This document shows positions 1-8,307 of a DNA stretch of 59,202 nt, piece by piece. Each line of letters opens with the position of its first letter. The first letter of the stretch is position 1. Below the pieces are notes generated by a model, which made no database searches, had not been told where the DNA came from, and saw only the letters and a program-made list of their open reading frames with translations. The DNA lies in contig CAMMXG010000004.1 in assembly GCA_946500895.1 (NCBI GenBank), positions 1-59,202 on the forward strand, read 5' to 3'. Source of the stretch: an uncultured Mycoplasma sp. (GTDB lineage: Bacteria; Bacillota_I; Bacilli_A; RF39; UBA660). The position numbers and the translations under genes were made by a program.

Positions 1-1
1 T

Positions 2-1009
2 GGAGAAATTCCAAGAATGAATTATGTAGAAGCAGAATCAAGAATTATTAATGAATTAAAAGAAATTGGCAAACCTTTTATTGTTATTTTAAATAGTGTT
101 CATCCTACCAATACCGAAACTGTTAGAATTGCAAGAGAAATGGAAGATGCCTATGATGTTCCAGTCTTACCTATTAGTGCTGAGAAAATGAATGAAATGG
201 AAATTATGGAGATTCTCAAAAAAGCACTATATGAGTTTCCAGTTCTAGACATCAAAGTAAATGTACCAGAATGGATTGATGCCTTACCTAAGACACATGA
301 AATAAAAATGCATTTCTTAGAAAAAATTAGAGAAAGTGTTATTAGTGTAGAAAAGATTAAAGATATCGATTTTATTTTAGGTCATTTTGAAGATAGTGAA
401 TATATATCAAAATCTTATATTAGTGAACTAGATGCTGCAACTGGTACAGTTACGATTAACTTGGAAGTCCGGGAAGAACTTTATAATGAAGTACTTTCTA
501 GTATCATGGGAGATGCAGCAACAACTAAGGCTGGTTTAATCAGAATATTTGCTAATTATAAAGAATCAAAAGAAGAAATGGATTCGATTAAAGATGCTCT
601 AAAAGTAGCTCGAAATGCTGGATATGGAATTGTTTACCCAACCATTCGTGATATGAAATTAGAAACACCAGAAATTGTAAAACAAGGTTCTCGATATGGA
701 GTAAAATTAAAAGCAACTGCTTCATCAATTCACTTAATGAAAGTTGAAGTTCAATCTACATTTGAACCAATTATCGGAAGTGAAGCTCAAAGTAAAGAAC
801 TTATTAATTACTTAATGAAAGATTATGAAAAAGATCCTAATTCGATTTGGCAAAGTGAAATCTTTGGTAGAAGCTTAGAAGCAATTGTTCAAGAAGGTAT
901 TCAAGCTAAACTATCCATGATGCCCGATGCAACTCGTTATAAGCTAAGCCAAACAGTTACAAAGATTGTAAATAAAGGTGCTAATAACTTAATCGCTATT
1001 GTGCTTTAA
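2..1009 (+). CDS. spoIVA: stage IV sporulation protein A, C-terminal part (5' end outside window)
   Basis: Frame open from base 2. KEIGKPFIVILNS, QGSRYGVKLKA, FGRSLEAIVQEGIQAKL and C-terminal NLIAIVL are colinear with Bacillus SpoIVA as I recall it. Confidence 0.9.
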   Translation, partial: GEIPRMNYVEAESRIINELKEIGKPFIVILNSVHPTNTETVRIAREMEDAYDVPVLPISAEKMNEMEIMEILKKALYEFPVLDIKVNVPEWIDALPKTHEIKMHFLEKIRESVISVEKIKDIDFILGHFEDSEYISKSYISELDAATGTVTINLEVREELYNEVLSSIMGDAATTKAGLIRIFANYKESKEEMDSIKDALKVARNAGYGIVYPTIRDMKLETPEIVKQGSRYGVKLKATASSIHLMKVEVQSTFEPIIGSEAQSKELINYLMKDYEKDPNSIWQSEIFGRSLEAIVQEGIQAKLSMMPDATRYKLSQTVTKIVNKGANNLIAIVL

Positions 1010-1012
1010 AAA

Positions 1013-1041
1013 AACTTCAGAAATTAAAATCTGAAGTTTTT
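1013..1041. terminator. bidirectional intrinsic terminator between convergent genes
   Basis: AACTTCAGA / TCTGAAGTT 9-bp stem with an A-run before and a T-run after. Confidence 0.7.
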
Positions 1042-2734
1042 ATATTTTAAATATTTTATTTTTCTTTTTGAAGTAAACGATTGTTCCTATTAAGAGTAGA
1101 ACTAATATAATGGAAATACCACTAATCATTCCCGTTTGGGGATTTTCAATGTCTACTCCAGTATCTCTTGAAGTTACTGTATCACCTAGTACTACCCCTT
1201 CTATATCATCGTTAGGGTTTGTTAATTCAACGGTAGCATCATTATTTACTTTTCCTGTATCATCTACCTCTGGGGTTGTTTCCTTGCTTTCTACGCTTGT
1301 ATAGACACGAATGGAAGCTTGAACTTTTAATTTATCTCCTAAATCAATCCAAGATTCGCCATCCGTTGACATGAAAGATACACCATTGGTTACTTCAAAG
1401 TTACGATATGGACTGGATGAAGATGCACCTTTCATCGCTACGGGAATTACAATTTCACTCTCTTCATTTGTTTCAAATTTCACAATAACAGAGTATTTAT
1501 CAGTTACATAAATATCTTTATTTGGAACAACACTCATGAAACCAGCATGGGATGTTGTGCCTCTTGCTATTTCTTCATAATTTTTTAAAGATGCATTGCT
1601 AGCATAATAAACTATATAGCTTATTCCTTCTTTGCCTGTTGCAAAAGTTATTTTATCAATTTTTTCGGCAGATGTATTTTTCTTTGTAAAAATATTAGCC
1701 ATATAACTTGCATCTGATTTGCTGGTTAAAGTGACATTGGTTCCTAAATCATCATAGTAATATACTTCATCAGATACATCTAAATCCGTATTGTAAAAAC
1801 CAACTATATTCGTACAAATATTAATATCATCATAAGATACATAAAAATAGCCATTATCGCCAACACTTGTACCATAGGAGTTTTTAACAATCCAAGCACC
1901 TTTTCTAGTAGCGTTCGTGGCAAAGCTTGTTACTTCAACTGTATCATCCCACCCAACAATTGCAACGGCATGATTAGGAATATTAGAACCATTATAGTAA
2001 TAATAAGCGCCTTTTAAATAATTGGTATTGTTCATATCAAAATAAATGCTTGCGGCAAGAGCACCATGATTTACTAAATATTGTTTGATTGTTTCGATAC
2101 TGTTTTCATTGCAGGCACCAGTAGAATTATTCAAGTAAAAAATATCGTCAACATCTACACTTGCTTTTTTATTTATGACGTCCACTTGATTCACTGTTGT
2201 AGTATTATTAATTAAATTCGTAATGGTTGCAAATGGTAATTCACTTTCTTTAATTGGTCCCCAATAGTTTAAGACATAAGCTCCAGTATACTCTAGTTTT
2301 CCACCACTATTAAAGTTTCGGTTAAAAGTAATATAGCTTGGTGTATATAAAGACTTTTGTGTCATTAATTCCAAATGGGCAACACTTAAATAATCCGTAC
2401 TAATATTATTTTTAAGTAAATTCGATTCTATCGCTGCTAATGTAGAAAAAGCCCAACAATCATCACTCGCTCCTTGGTTTCTTACTCCTAAAATATAGCT
2501 ATCTTGTAAAGTGAATTTGTCCATGGAATAACTATTCGAACTTCCAACTAAGCCACTTTCACTTTCTTGTTTGCACATACTTGGCATTACGGTATTTGCT
2601 TTTTCTTCACTACTTAAATTTAACCAAGCAATATATTCATCCGAATATTCACAAAGTTCTAAGTTAACATCAGCTGCTTTTACAGTAGATGCTCCGAATA
2701 AAAGCACGCATACAAACACTACAAACTTTTTCAT
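1040..2734 (-). CDS. secreted papain-like (C1 family) cysteine peptidase with C-terminal cell-wall sorting signal
   Basis: N-terminal signal peptide. Catalytic motifs QGASDDCWAFS (Cys), NHAVAIVGWDD (His) and WIVKNSYG. C-terminus NPQTG + hydrophobic stretch + KKKNK. Confidence 0.8.
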   Translation of the reverse strand: MKKFVVFVCVLLFGASTVKAADVNLELCEYSDEYIAWLNLSSEEKANTVMPSMCKQESESGLVGSSNSYSMDKFTLQDSYILGVRNQGASDDCWAFSTLAAIESNLLKNNISTDYLSVAHLELMTQKSLYTPSYITFNRNFNSGGKLEYTGAYVLNYWGPIKESELPFATITNLINNTTTVNQVDVINKKASVDVDDIFYLNNSTGACNENSIETIKQYLVNHGALAASIYFDMNNTNYLKGAYYYYNGSNIPNHAVAIVGWDDTVEVTSFATNATRKGAWIVKNSYGTSVGDNGYFYVSYDDINICTNIVGFYNTDLDVSDEVYYYDDLGTNVTLTSKSDASYMANIFTKKNTSAEKIDKITFATGKEGISYIVYYASNASLKNYEEIARGTTSHAGFMSVVPNKDIYVTDKYSVIVKFETNEESEIVIPVAMKGASSSSPYRNFEVTNGVSFMSTDGESWIDLGDKLKVQASIRVYTSVESKETTPEVDDTGKVNNDATVELTNPNDDIEGVVLGDTVTSRDTGVDIENPQTGMISGISIILVLLLIGTIVYFKKKNKIFKI

Positions 2735-2825
2735 AATCTATACACTCCTTATTCTTTGATTAAATTATAACATGTTTCATTAATGTTTGACACGCATTTT
2801 ACTATTGTTTACATTTTATTTGCAA

Positions 2826-2850
2826 TTAAAAAGATACCTAAGATGGTATC
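2826..2850 (-). terminator. intrinsic terminator after the 174-aa gene
   Basis: Minus strand GATACC-atctta-GGTATC followed by TTTTTAAT. Confidence 0.55.
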
Positions 2851-2866
2851 CTTCGTTTTATTTGAA

Positions 2867-3391
2867 TTAAATTAAAACATTTTCACCATTTTCACAATGT
2901 TTATAAAAATCTTTCAGTCCAATGTGAAATTTTGGCTTCTTATACTTATAAATACATAAATAATCTGTATCCATAAATTTTAACTTATTGAATTTCTGAA
3001 ATTTTTCTTTTACATCTTTTAATAAATCATATAAACTTAAATATTCGTGAACTCCTCTATTTGGTTCCCAAGCATGTTCAAACCAATAAAATTTTTCTTT
3101 TTCTTCATAAACAATAAACGTATGGGTAAATAATTTTTTAGCATCATAATACACCATAAAGTAAGTATTGAATTTTAACCCTAAATTTTTAAAAATACTT
3201 CTTTCTAATTCCACTTGATCATAACAAGTCCCCACTTTGTTTTCTACTACTTCCTCTGGTTTTTGCAAGACATATTTCTTTTTAAATGATTTGTCAACAT
3301 TAACATAGATATTATGATCAATATCCATCCAACCATACTCAATATCATTTAAAAAACTCATAAGATCCATAACATTATTAATTTGCTCCAT
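2867..3391 (-). CDS. hypothetical protein, possibly a transglutaminase-like cysteine-peptidase fold
   Basis: 174-aa ORF. GTCYDQVELERSIF ... THTFIVY ... FEHAW spacing resembles a Cys/His/acid transglutaminase-like core. Family call is tentative. Confidence 0.4.
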   Translation of the reverse strand: MEQINNVMDLMSFLNDIEYGWMDIDHNIYVNVDKSFKKKYVLQKPEEVVENKVGTCYDQVELERSIFKNLGLKFNTYFMVYYDAKKLFTHTFIVYEEKEKFYWFEHAWEPNRGVHEYLSLYDLLKDVKEKFQKFNKLKFMDTDYLCIYKYKKPKFHIGLKDFYKHCENGENVLI

Positions 3392-3446
3392 TTTTACTCC
3401 ACCTAGATGCTATTATATCAAATATAAGGTGAATTTTGCAAATAAA

Positions 3447-3686
3447 TTAAAACATTTTATCGACATTTTTAGGTACATCATCATTTACTACTTTTTTTAT
3501 TATTTTTTCTCTTAATTCAGGATTTACTTTCTTACCCGTCATTTTACTTAATGTATCAATCACTTCACTTAATGTTTTTTCATCTTTCATATTTCCCTTT
3601 TGTAATTTTTCTGCTAAAGATACAATGGTATTTTTATCCACCTTCGTTTTCTTTTCAATTTTTTTGAAAAGTGAATCATCTAACAT
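3447..3686 (-). CDS. spoVIF: stage VI sporulation protein F-like
   Basis: LFKKIEKKTKVDKNTIVSLAEKLQKGNMKDEKTL ... matches Bacillus SpoVIF (YjcC) as I recall it. Start moved to the ATG at 3686, which lies 7 nt after GGAGG (3694-3698). Confidence 0.65.
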   Translation of the reverse strand: MLDDSLFKKIEKKTKVDKNTIVSLAEKLQKGNMKDEKTLSEVIDTLSKMTGKKVNPELREKIIKKVVNDDVPKNVDKMF

Positions 3687-3731
3687 AAAAACGCCTCCTA
3701 ACATAATATATGCTAGAAGGTATCCCCTTGA

Positions 3732-3950
3732 TTATTTATAATATTCATAAAATAGCTCATCTGGTTTTAATTTAAAAACTTCGGCTATTTTTAATGCTAA
3801 ATCATAATATAATCTTCTATTGCCATTTTCAATTTGCCAATAGTAAGCTTTGCATATTCCTACTTCTTTTGCAACACTTTCATATGACATATTATTGGCT
3901 TTGCGTAAATTTTGTAACTTAAAATTTACATTTGTACTACTTTTCGCCAT
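3732..3950 (-). CDS. XRE-family HTH transcriptional regulator
   Basis: MSYESVAKEVGICKAYYWQIENGNR is an HTH_3-like motif. The ATG at 3950 is preceded by GGAGG. TTGACA-17-TATTAT lies upstream. Confidence 0.75.
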   Translation of the reverse strand: MAKSSTNVNFKLQNLRKANNMSYESVAKEVGICKAYYWQIENGNRRLYYDLALKIAEVFKLKPDELFYEYYK

Positions 3951-4068
3951 AACTCCTCCACTAGTACTATAATATATCAAAATTTTTTTGTTGTCAAATT
4001 TTGTGTAGTTATCGCTGGGTAGACTTTGTGATTAATTCTCAATAATATTAAGTGTGAGGAGTGTTTGG

Positions 4069-4332
4069 ATGAATTTAAAAGAAGTAGTAGGTATCAATTT
4101 AAAATATTATCGATATCAAAGTGGTTTATCTCAAGAAAAATTTTATACTAATTTAGAACTTAATCCTAAATATATGGCTTGTATTGAACGTGGTGAAGAA
4201 AATATTACCATTGATCATATCGATGAAATAGCTGAAAAACTTGGTATATCCACTCATGAACTCATTACTTATAATGAAGAACATGTAATTAATAAAAAAA
4301 GAATTGATGAAAAAGTAAAAGTAAATAATTAA
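4069..4332 (+). CDS. XRE-family HTH transcriptional regulator (divergent from 3732..3950)
   Basis: GLSQEKFYTNLELNPKYMACIERGEENITIDHI is an HTH motif. The ATG at 4069 follows GAGGAG. Confidence 0.75.
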   Translation: MNLKEVVGINLKYYRYQSGLSQEKFYTNLELNPKYMACIERGEENITIDHIDEIAEKLGISTHELITYNEEHVINKKRIDEKVKVNN

Positions 4333-4363
4333 AAAGAATTAGCATATCACACTAATTCTTTTT

Positions 4364-5674
4364 TTATTCTCTTTCATTTTTATTTTTGAATTGTAGCAGG
4401 ATTGGTGTTCCGGTTAAATCAAAGTTTTCTCTTATTTTATTTTCTAAATATCTTTCATAACTAAAGTGTAGTAATCCTTTGTTATTTACTTGGAAAGTAA
4501 ATTTGGGAGGATTTATTCCTGTTTCACTTACAAAATAAATTTTTAGTCTTTTACCTTTATATGATGGTGGGATTTTAAAGCTTACGGCATCCATAATTAC
4601 ATTGTTAAGTAGACTGGTTTTAATTTCTTTGCGGTTATTTTCATAAGCACTGAGTATTTCTGGCATTAAAGTATGAATTCTTTTTTTGGTTAAAGCTGAT
4701 AAGAATACTACTTTAATATATGGAGCAAACTGGAATTCGTTTGCTATTTTTTTCTTCCATGTTTTTATCGCACTATCTGGATCATTTACTTTGTCCCATT
4801 TATTGACTGCTAAAACAATTCCTTTTCCAGCATCAATCGCATAACCTAATATGTGTTTATCGTGCTCGATAATTCCTTCTTCTGCATTAATTACGACAAC
4901 ACAAACGTCTGATTCTTCTATGGCTCTAATACTTCTTAGATAACTATATTTTTCGACATTTTCATAAATACGTCCTTTTTTACGAAGCCCAGCCGTATCA
5001 ACAATAATATATTCTTTTTTATCATAAGTGAACTTTGTATCAATTGCATCACGAGTAGTTCCGGCAATATCACTAACAATTGCTCGCTCTTCATTTAATA
5101 GAGCATTAATTAAACTTGATTTACCAACATTTGGTCTACCAATAATAGAAAATCTAGGAATATGATCATCATTTGTATCATTATTCGTGATATCTTTGGT
5201 AATTTCTTCTAGTACTTCTTTAAATCCTATATTGTGTTCTCCACTTACCGGTATTACTTTGTCAAATCCTAGTTCATAAAATTCATACAAGTTTTCTAAA
5301 CGTTCTTTATTATCCATTTTATTTACTAAAACAATTACTTCTTTGTTCGTTCTTCTAAGTAAGTCTTTAATGTAAAAATCAGTTGCATCTAAACCAAATT
5401 TTCCATCGACAACAAAAAGAATTGTATCTGCTTCATCAATTGCGAGTTCGGCTTGAATTCTAATTTCTTTGTTAAAATCTTCTTTTCCATCAGTAAGTCC
5501 ACCTGTATCAATTAAAGAGAATTTTTTGTCATTAAAATTTACTATGCCATAAATTCTATCTCTTGTTATGCCTGGTTCATCCATAATAATCGACTTTTTT
5601 TCTTTTATTAATTTATTAAAAATAGTTGACTTACCAACATTTGGTTTTCCAATTAGACATACACATTTCTTCAT
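4364..5674 (-). CDS. der: ribosome-associated GTPase Der/EngA
   Basis: Two tandem G domains (GKPNVGKST...DTGG; GRPNVGKSS...DTAG...NKWD) plus a KH-like C-terminus. Confidence 0.95.
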   Translation of the reverse strand: MKKCVCLIGKPNVGKSTIFNKLIKEKKSIIMDEPGITRDRIYGIVNFNDKKFSLIDTGGLTDGKEDFNKEIRIQAELAIDEADTILFVVDGKFGLDATDFYIKDLLRRTNKEVIVLVNKMDNKERLENLYEFYELGFDKVIPVSGEHNIGFKEVLEEITKDITNNDTNDDHIPRFSIIGRPNVGKSSLINALLNEERAIVSDIAGTTRDAIDTKFTYDKKEYIIVDTAGLRKKGRIYENVEKYSYLRSIRAIEESDVCVVVINAEEGIIEHDKHILGYAIDAGKGIVLAVNKWDKVNDPDSAIKTWKKKIANEFQFAPYIKVVFLSALTKKRIHTLMPEILSAYENNRKEIKTSLLNNVIMDAVSFKIPPSYKGKRLKIYFVSETGINPPKFTFQVNNKGLLHFSYERYLENKIRENFDLTGTPILLQFKNKNERE

Positions 5675-5721
5675 ATAAAAACCTCCTTTTTAGGCTCTTA
5701 TTTTAACATAAAAATTCAATT

Positions 5722-6120
5722 TTAACAAACATTATTAGAATCATTTATATGAACGTATACTTGATTGTTCTTTAAATATAGTATTATACTCATATCATTT
5801 ATTGATTCATTATTAATTGGGTTTAATACATTATCATCTTTATCTGGTGATAAAGCACCACTTTCAACTAAATCATTTACTGTAATTATTAGACTTTTAT
5901 AACCATCATAAAAGGTTGTACTATTATTTAGTTCATATTCATATCCTACTGCATAAGTTTTAGCGGCACTTTCAATCATTTCTAATTTTGCACAATATAA
6001 ATTTTCTTTTGATGCATTAGTTAAATTCACAATACTTGCACTAGCAATGGTTGTTACAACAGCAAGTATAGCAATTACACATAAAAGTTCTATTAATGTA
6101 AACCCTTTTTTATTTTTCAT
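5722..6120 (-). CDS. prepilin-type N-terminal cleavage/methylation domain protein (pseudopilin/ComGC-like)
   Basis: MKNKKG|FTLIELLCVIAILAVV is a classic class III signal peptide (G-FTLIE). The start at 6120 is chosen over 6129. Confidence 0.75.
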   Translation of the reverse strand: MKNKKGFTLIELLCVIAILAVVTTIASASIVNLTNASKENLYCAKLEMIESAAKTYAVGYEYELNNSTTFYDGYKSLIITVNDLVESGALSPDKDDNVLNPINNESINDMSIILYLKNNQVYVHINDSNNVC

Positions 6121-6157
6121 ATCTAACACCCTATTTTTATTGTATCAAAATCATAAT

Positions 6158-6193
6158 ATAAAAAGTAGTTATCTTATCAAAAAGATAACTACT
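6158..6193 (-). terminator. strong intrinsic terminator between the 434-aa gene and the pilin-like gene
   Basis: AGTAGTTATCTT / AAGATAACTACT perfect 12-bp stem, followed by TTTTTAT on the minus strand. Confidence 0.8.
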
Positions 6194-6206
6194 ATTGACG
6201 TTTAGT

Positions 6207-7511
6207 TTACGCTTCAACAATTGTATATGGGTCTGAAGTTGTTCCTGAACCAGAAAACAAAGTATCTGCTTTTATATTGATTACAGGTCTTACACCAGAA
6301 GAATTATTAACTTGCCACCCATCAAAATAGCCAGTAGATTTCATTGAAAAAACACTAGTTGGATAAGGCGCAGGATTAAACCAGAATGGTGTCATTGTCC
6401 AATAATCTTGTTGATTATATAAATAAAAGCCTGTATTCATGCTTCCATATACATTACCAGCAAATACTAATTCATCGGCTGTAATTAATCCCAATGTTAC
6501 TTTTATAATATCATTCTCTTCGCACAATAAAGTAGGTCCCGCGGATCCTATATAATTCATTAATCTTCCTAAAGCTGCATAATCTATTCTACTACTTGGC
6601 ATACTATTCCAAGTGTATCCATTCGAAACATTTCGATCACTACAAAATCCTATATCGTTATCAACATACCTATCATATACATTTAAGTTACTAGTACTAT
6701 ACCACGTTTGGAGAGTATTAAGAACTGAACTATTACTTGTTTGTCCATGTTGTTGACCAATAGAATATTTTAATCCAACATATTCGCTTCTATTATAATT
6801 ATTATTAAAAATATATTCAGTTTCATTGTTTATCATAGTCTCAATGCCGGTTGTTTCTGTGCTAGGTCCATTATAAATCATTCTTACACTACCGTTACCA
6901 TTAATTCTTATGATTCGCCAATAAAATTCGCCAAATCGAACCCAATTATTAGTAATTGTTCCTCTAAAATAGTAACTTTTATTGCCTGTCCAATCTTTTG
7001 CTGAATACACACCATTAGTTGATTCATCACATACACCTGCACAACTCGTATTACTAAAGTTAGGTGTTCCGGTATCTATATCATATTTTTTAATAATTTC
7101 TAGCATTGTATTTCCAATTATATTTTTATCAAAATATAAATAACATTTACTTCCTTTTTGCAAATTAGCTATAACGTGCTCTCCATCGGCATTGGTATAC
7201 AATTTAGCATTTGTATCATTATTTACATTATCAATTGTACAATAACTTAATTCTTCATTAATAGTATAACCATTACTAGGCATCACATTTACAGCTTCAT
7301 ATTCTCCGTTATCATTTTCTTGATATATTGCCATTACTTTAAAATCATATGGAGTATAATTAATTGTTCCATTAACTAAAGGGATTGACTGTGTTGTTCT
7401 ATATTTTGCTCTTGTAAAATTTAGTATTACTGCACTAATTACTGCTATTACAACTACTCCTATTAATATATTTCTTTTTACATGACTTCTCTTTAACACT
7501 TCAAATTGCAT
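6207..7511 (-). CDS. N-terminally membrane-anchored extracellular protein of unknown function (paralog of 51542..52858)
   Basis: Single N-terminal TM segment. Blocks shared with the paralog: NFT(R/K)AKYR.TQSIPLVNGTINY, FYWRIIRINGNGS, YWTMTP, GVRPVINIKAD...DPYTI. The tail resembles WxLRSP...GVRPA modules of DUF6273-type proteins (tentative). Confidence 0.6.
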   Translation of the reverse strand: MQFEVLKRSHVKRNILIGVVVIAVISAVILNFTRAKYRTTQSIPLVNGTINYTPYDFKVMAIYQENDNGEYEAVNVMPSNGYTINEELSYCTIDNVNNDTNAKLYTNADGEHVIANLQKGSKCYLYFDKNIIGNTMLEIIKKYDIDTGTPNFSNTSCAGVCDESTNGVYSAKDWTGNKSYYFRGTITNNWVRFGEFYWRIIRINGNGSVRMIYNGPSTETTGIETMINNETEYIFNNNYNRSEYVGLKYSIGQQHGQTSNSSVLNTLQTWYSTSNLNVYDRYVDNDIGFCSDRNVSNGYTWNSMPSSRIDYAALGRLMNYIGSAGPTLLCEENDIIKVTLGLITADELVFAGNVYGSMNTGFYLYNQQDYWTMTPFWFNPAPYPTSVFSMKSTGYFDGWQVNNSSGVRPVINIKADTLFSGSGTTSDPYTIVEA

Positions 7512-7584
7512 ATTTTTTTCTCCTTTATGAAGTATAGCTTCATTTATTTTTTAAAAATATTTGACTATATTAATTCTATATAAT

Positions 7585-7632
7585 ATAGCAATTTGCTATT
7601 TTTATCATTTTAATTATATAGCATTTCGCTAT
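7585..7632. promoter_or_regulatory. two palindromic operator-like sites ATAGCA-N4-GCTAT in the divergent intergenic region
   Basis: ATAGCAATTTGCTAT (7585-7599) and ATAGCATTTCGCTAT (7618-7632), centres 33 bp apart, between gene starts at 7511 and 7689. Confidence 0.5.
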
Positions 7633-7688
7633 ATATGTCAATATAACAATTTGTTTTAAATTAAAATGTAAAATATGGAGGTCGAAAT

Positions 7689-7937
7689 ATGAATGAAGAT
7701 ATAAGATATGAAAGATTAAAAGGTCTTAGAGAAGATAGAGATTTGTTGCAAAAAGATGTTGCTAAAGTCTTGAATGTTACTCAAGTGGCCTACAGTTGCT
7801 ATGAAATTGGAAGAAGACAAATTCCAGTTGAGGCTTTGATTAAATTATCTTTATTTTATAATACTAGTGTTGATTATCTATTGGGTTTAACTGATGAGAG
7901 AAAGCCTTATCCTAAAAGTATTTTAAGTAAAAAATAA
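7689..7937 (+). CDS. XRE-family HTH transcriptional regulator
   Basis: LLQKDVAKVLNVTQVAYSCYEIGRRQIPVEALIKLSLFYNTSVDYLLGLTD. GGAGG lies 7 nt upstream and a hairpin AAATAGCT/AGCTATTT follows the stop. Confidence 0.8.
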   Translation: MNEDIRYERLKGLREDRDLLQKDVAKVLNVTQVAYSCYEIGRRQIPVEALIKLSLFYNTSVDYLLGLTDERKPYPKSILSKK

Positions 7938-7962
7938 ATAGCTGTATTAGCTATTTAACTTC

Positions 7963-7991
7963 TTGATAAAAAATTAAAAATATCATATAAT
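7963..7991 (+). promoter_or_regulatory. consensus sigma-A-type promoter firing antisense into the small-peptide gene
   Basis: TTGATA (7963-7968), 17-nt spacer, TATAAT (7986-7991). Confidence 0.5.
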
Positions 7992-7997
7992 ATACAT

Positions 7998-8240
7998 GTA
8001 AGTGTTATTCACTTGGTGGATAACACCTACTTTATCGGTAAGCGCTATGCCTTAGGCTAGCGTCTTTTCTTTTGCTCTTCTCTAATAATAGAGATAAGCA
8101 AAATTATTATAATAAGCAATAGTTTCGTATCACTCATTTGCATCCCCTCCTACTTTCGTAAAAACCCCCTGAACACTCAGTAGTTTAAACTACTAATAAA
8201 AAAGAAAGCAGGCGCTACCACCAGTTAAATAACGGTTATT
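7998..8240 (+). ncRNA. predicted antisense RNA overlapping the 26-codon peptide gene (3' end undefined)
   Basis: Inferred only from the promoter at 7963-7991. There is no ORF of note on this strand. The 5' hairpin is at 7998-8030. Confidence 0.3.
8057..8137 (-). CDS. 26-aa hydrophobic peptide MSDTKLLLIIIILLISIIREEQKKRR (type I toxin-like small membrane protein)
   Basis: ATG lies 8 nt after GGAGG (8141-8150 region). One TM-length hydrophobic run plus a charged tail. It has its own promoter and a long leader, and is below the ORF-track size cut-off. Confidence 0.5.
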   Translation of the reverse strand: MSDTKLLLIIIILLISIIREEQKKRR

Positions 8241-8241
8241 T

Positions 8242-8285
8242 ATTATGAGTGATAATACCAGAAAAATCAAGAAAAACAGTTCGAC
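8242..8285 (-). promoter_or_regulatory. promoter with upstream GTCGAAC box (locus A)
   Basis: Minus strand: GTCGAAC (8285-8279), 8 nt, TTGATT (8270-8265), 17 nt, CATAAT (8247-8242). Confidence 0.55.
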
Positions 8286-8307
8286 AAAAAACGACAAAAG
8301 CAAGAGT

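Noticed and set aside
1110-1304. Numerous antisense or alternative-frame track ORFs (1110-1304, 2571-2759, 9983-10444, 11335-11565, 14223-14540, 16072-16356, 18324-18533, 18854-19126, 19305-19644, 19908-20267, 23535-23807, 25142-25363, 26022-26207, 26629-26823, 26970-27200, 27373-27633, 29219-30017, 31446-31700, 32850-33038, 35164-35574, 37178-37369, 39837-40025, 43204-43410, 44542-44751, 48454-48666, 49414-49698, 51868-52053, 54516-54719, 56836-57024, 57545-57772)
   Set aside because: Each is nested in or opposite a longer ORF with clear family motifs. They lack RBSs and give low-complexity translations typical of shadow frames in AT-rich DNA.
3687-3731. Sigma-K-type promoter (CATATATTA) upstream of spoVIF
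   Set aside because: The -10-like CATA-N3-TA is present, but I could not place an AC -35 element at the required 16-17-nt spacing, and the site abuts the stop of the upstream XRE gene. Too weak to call.
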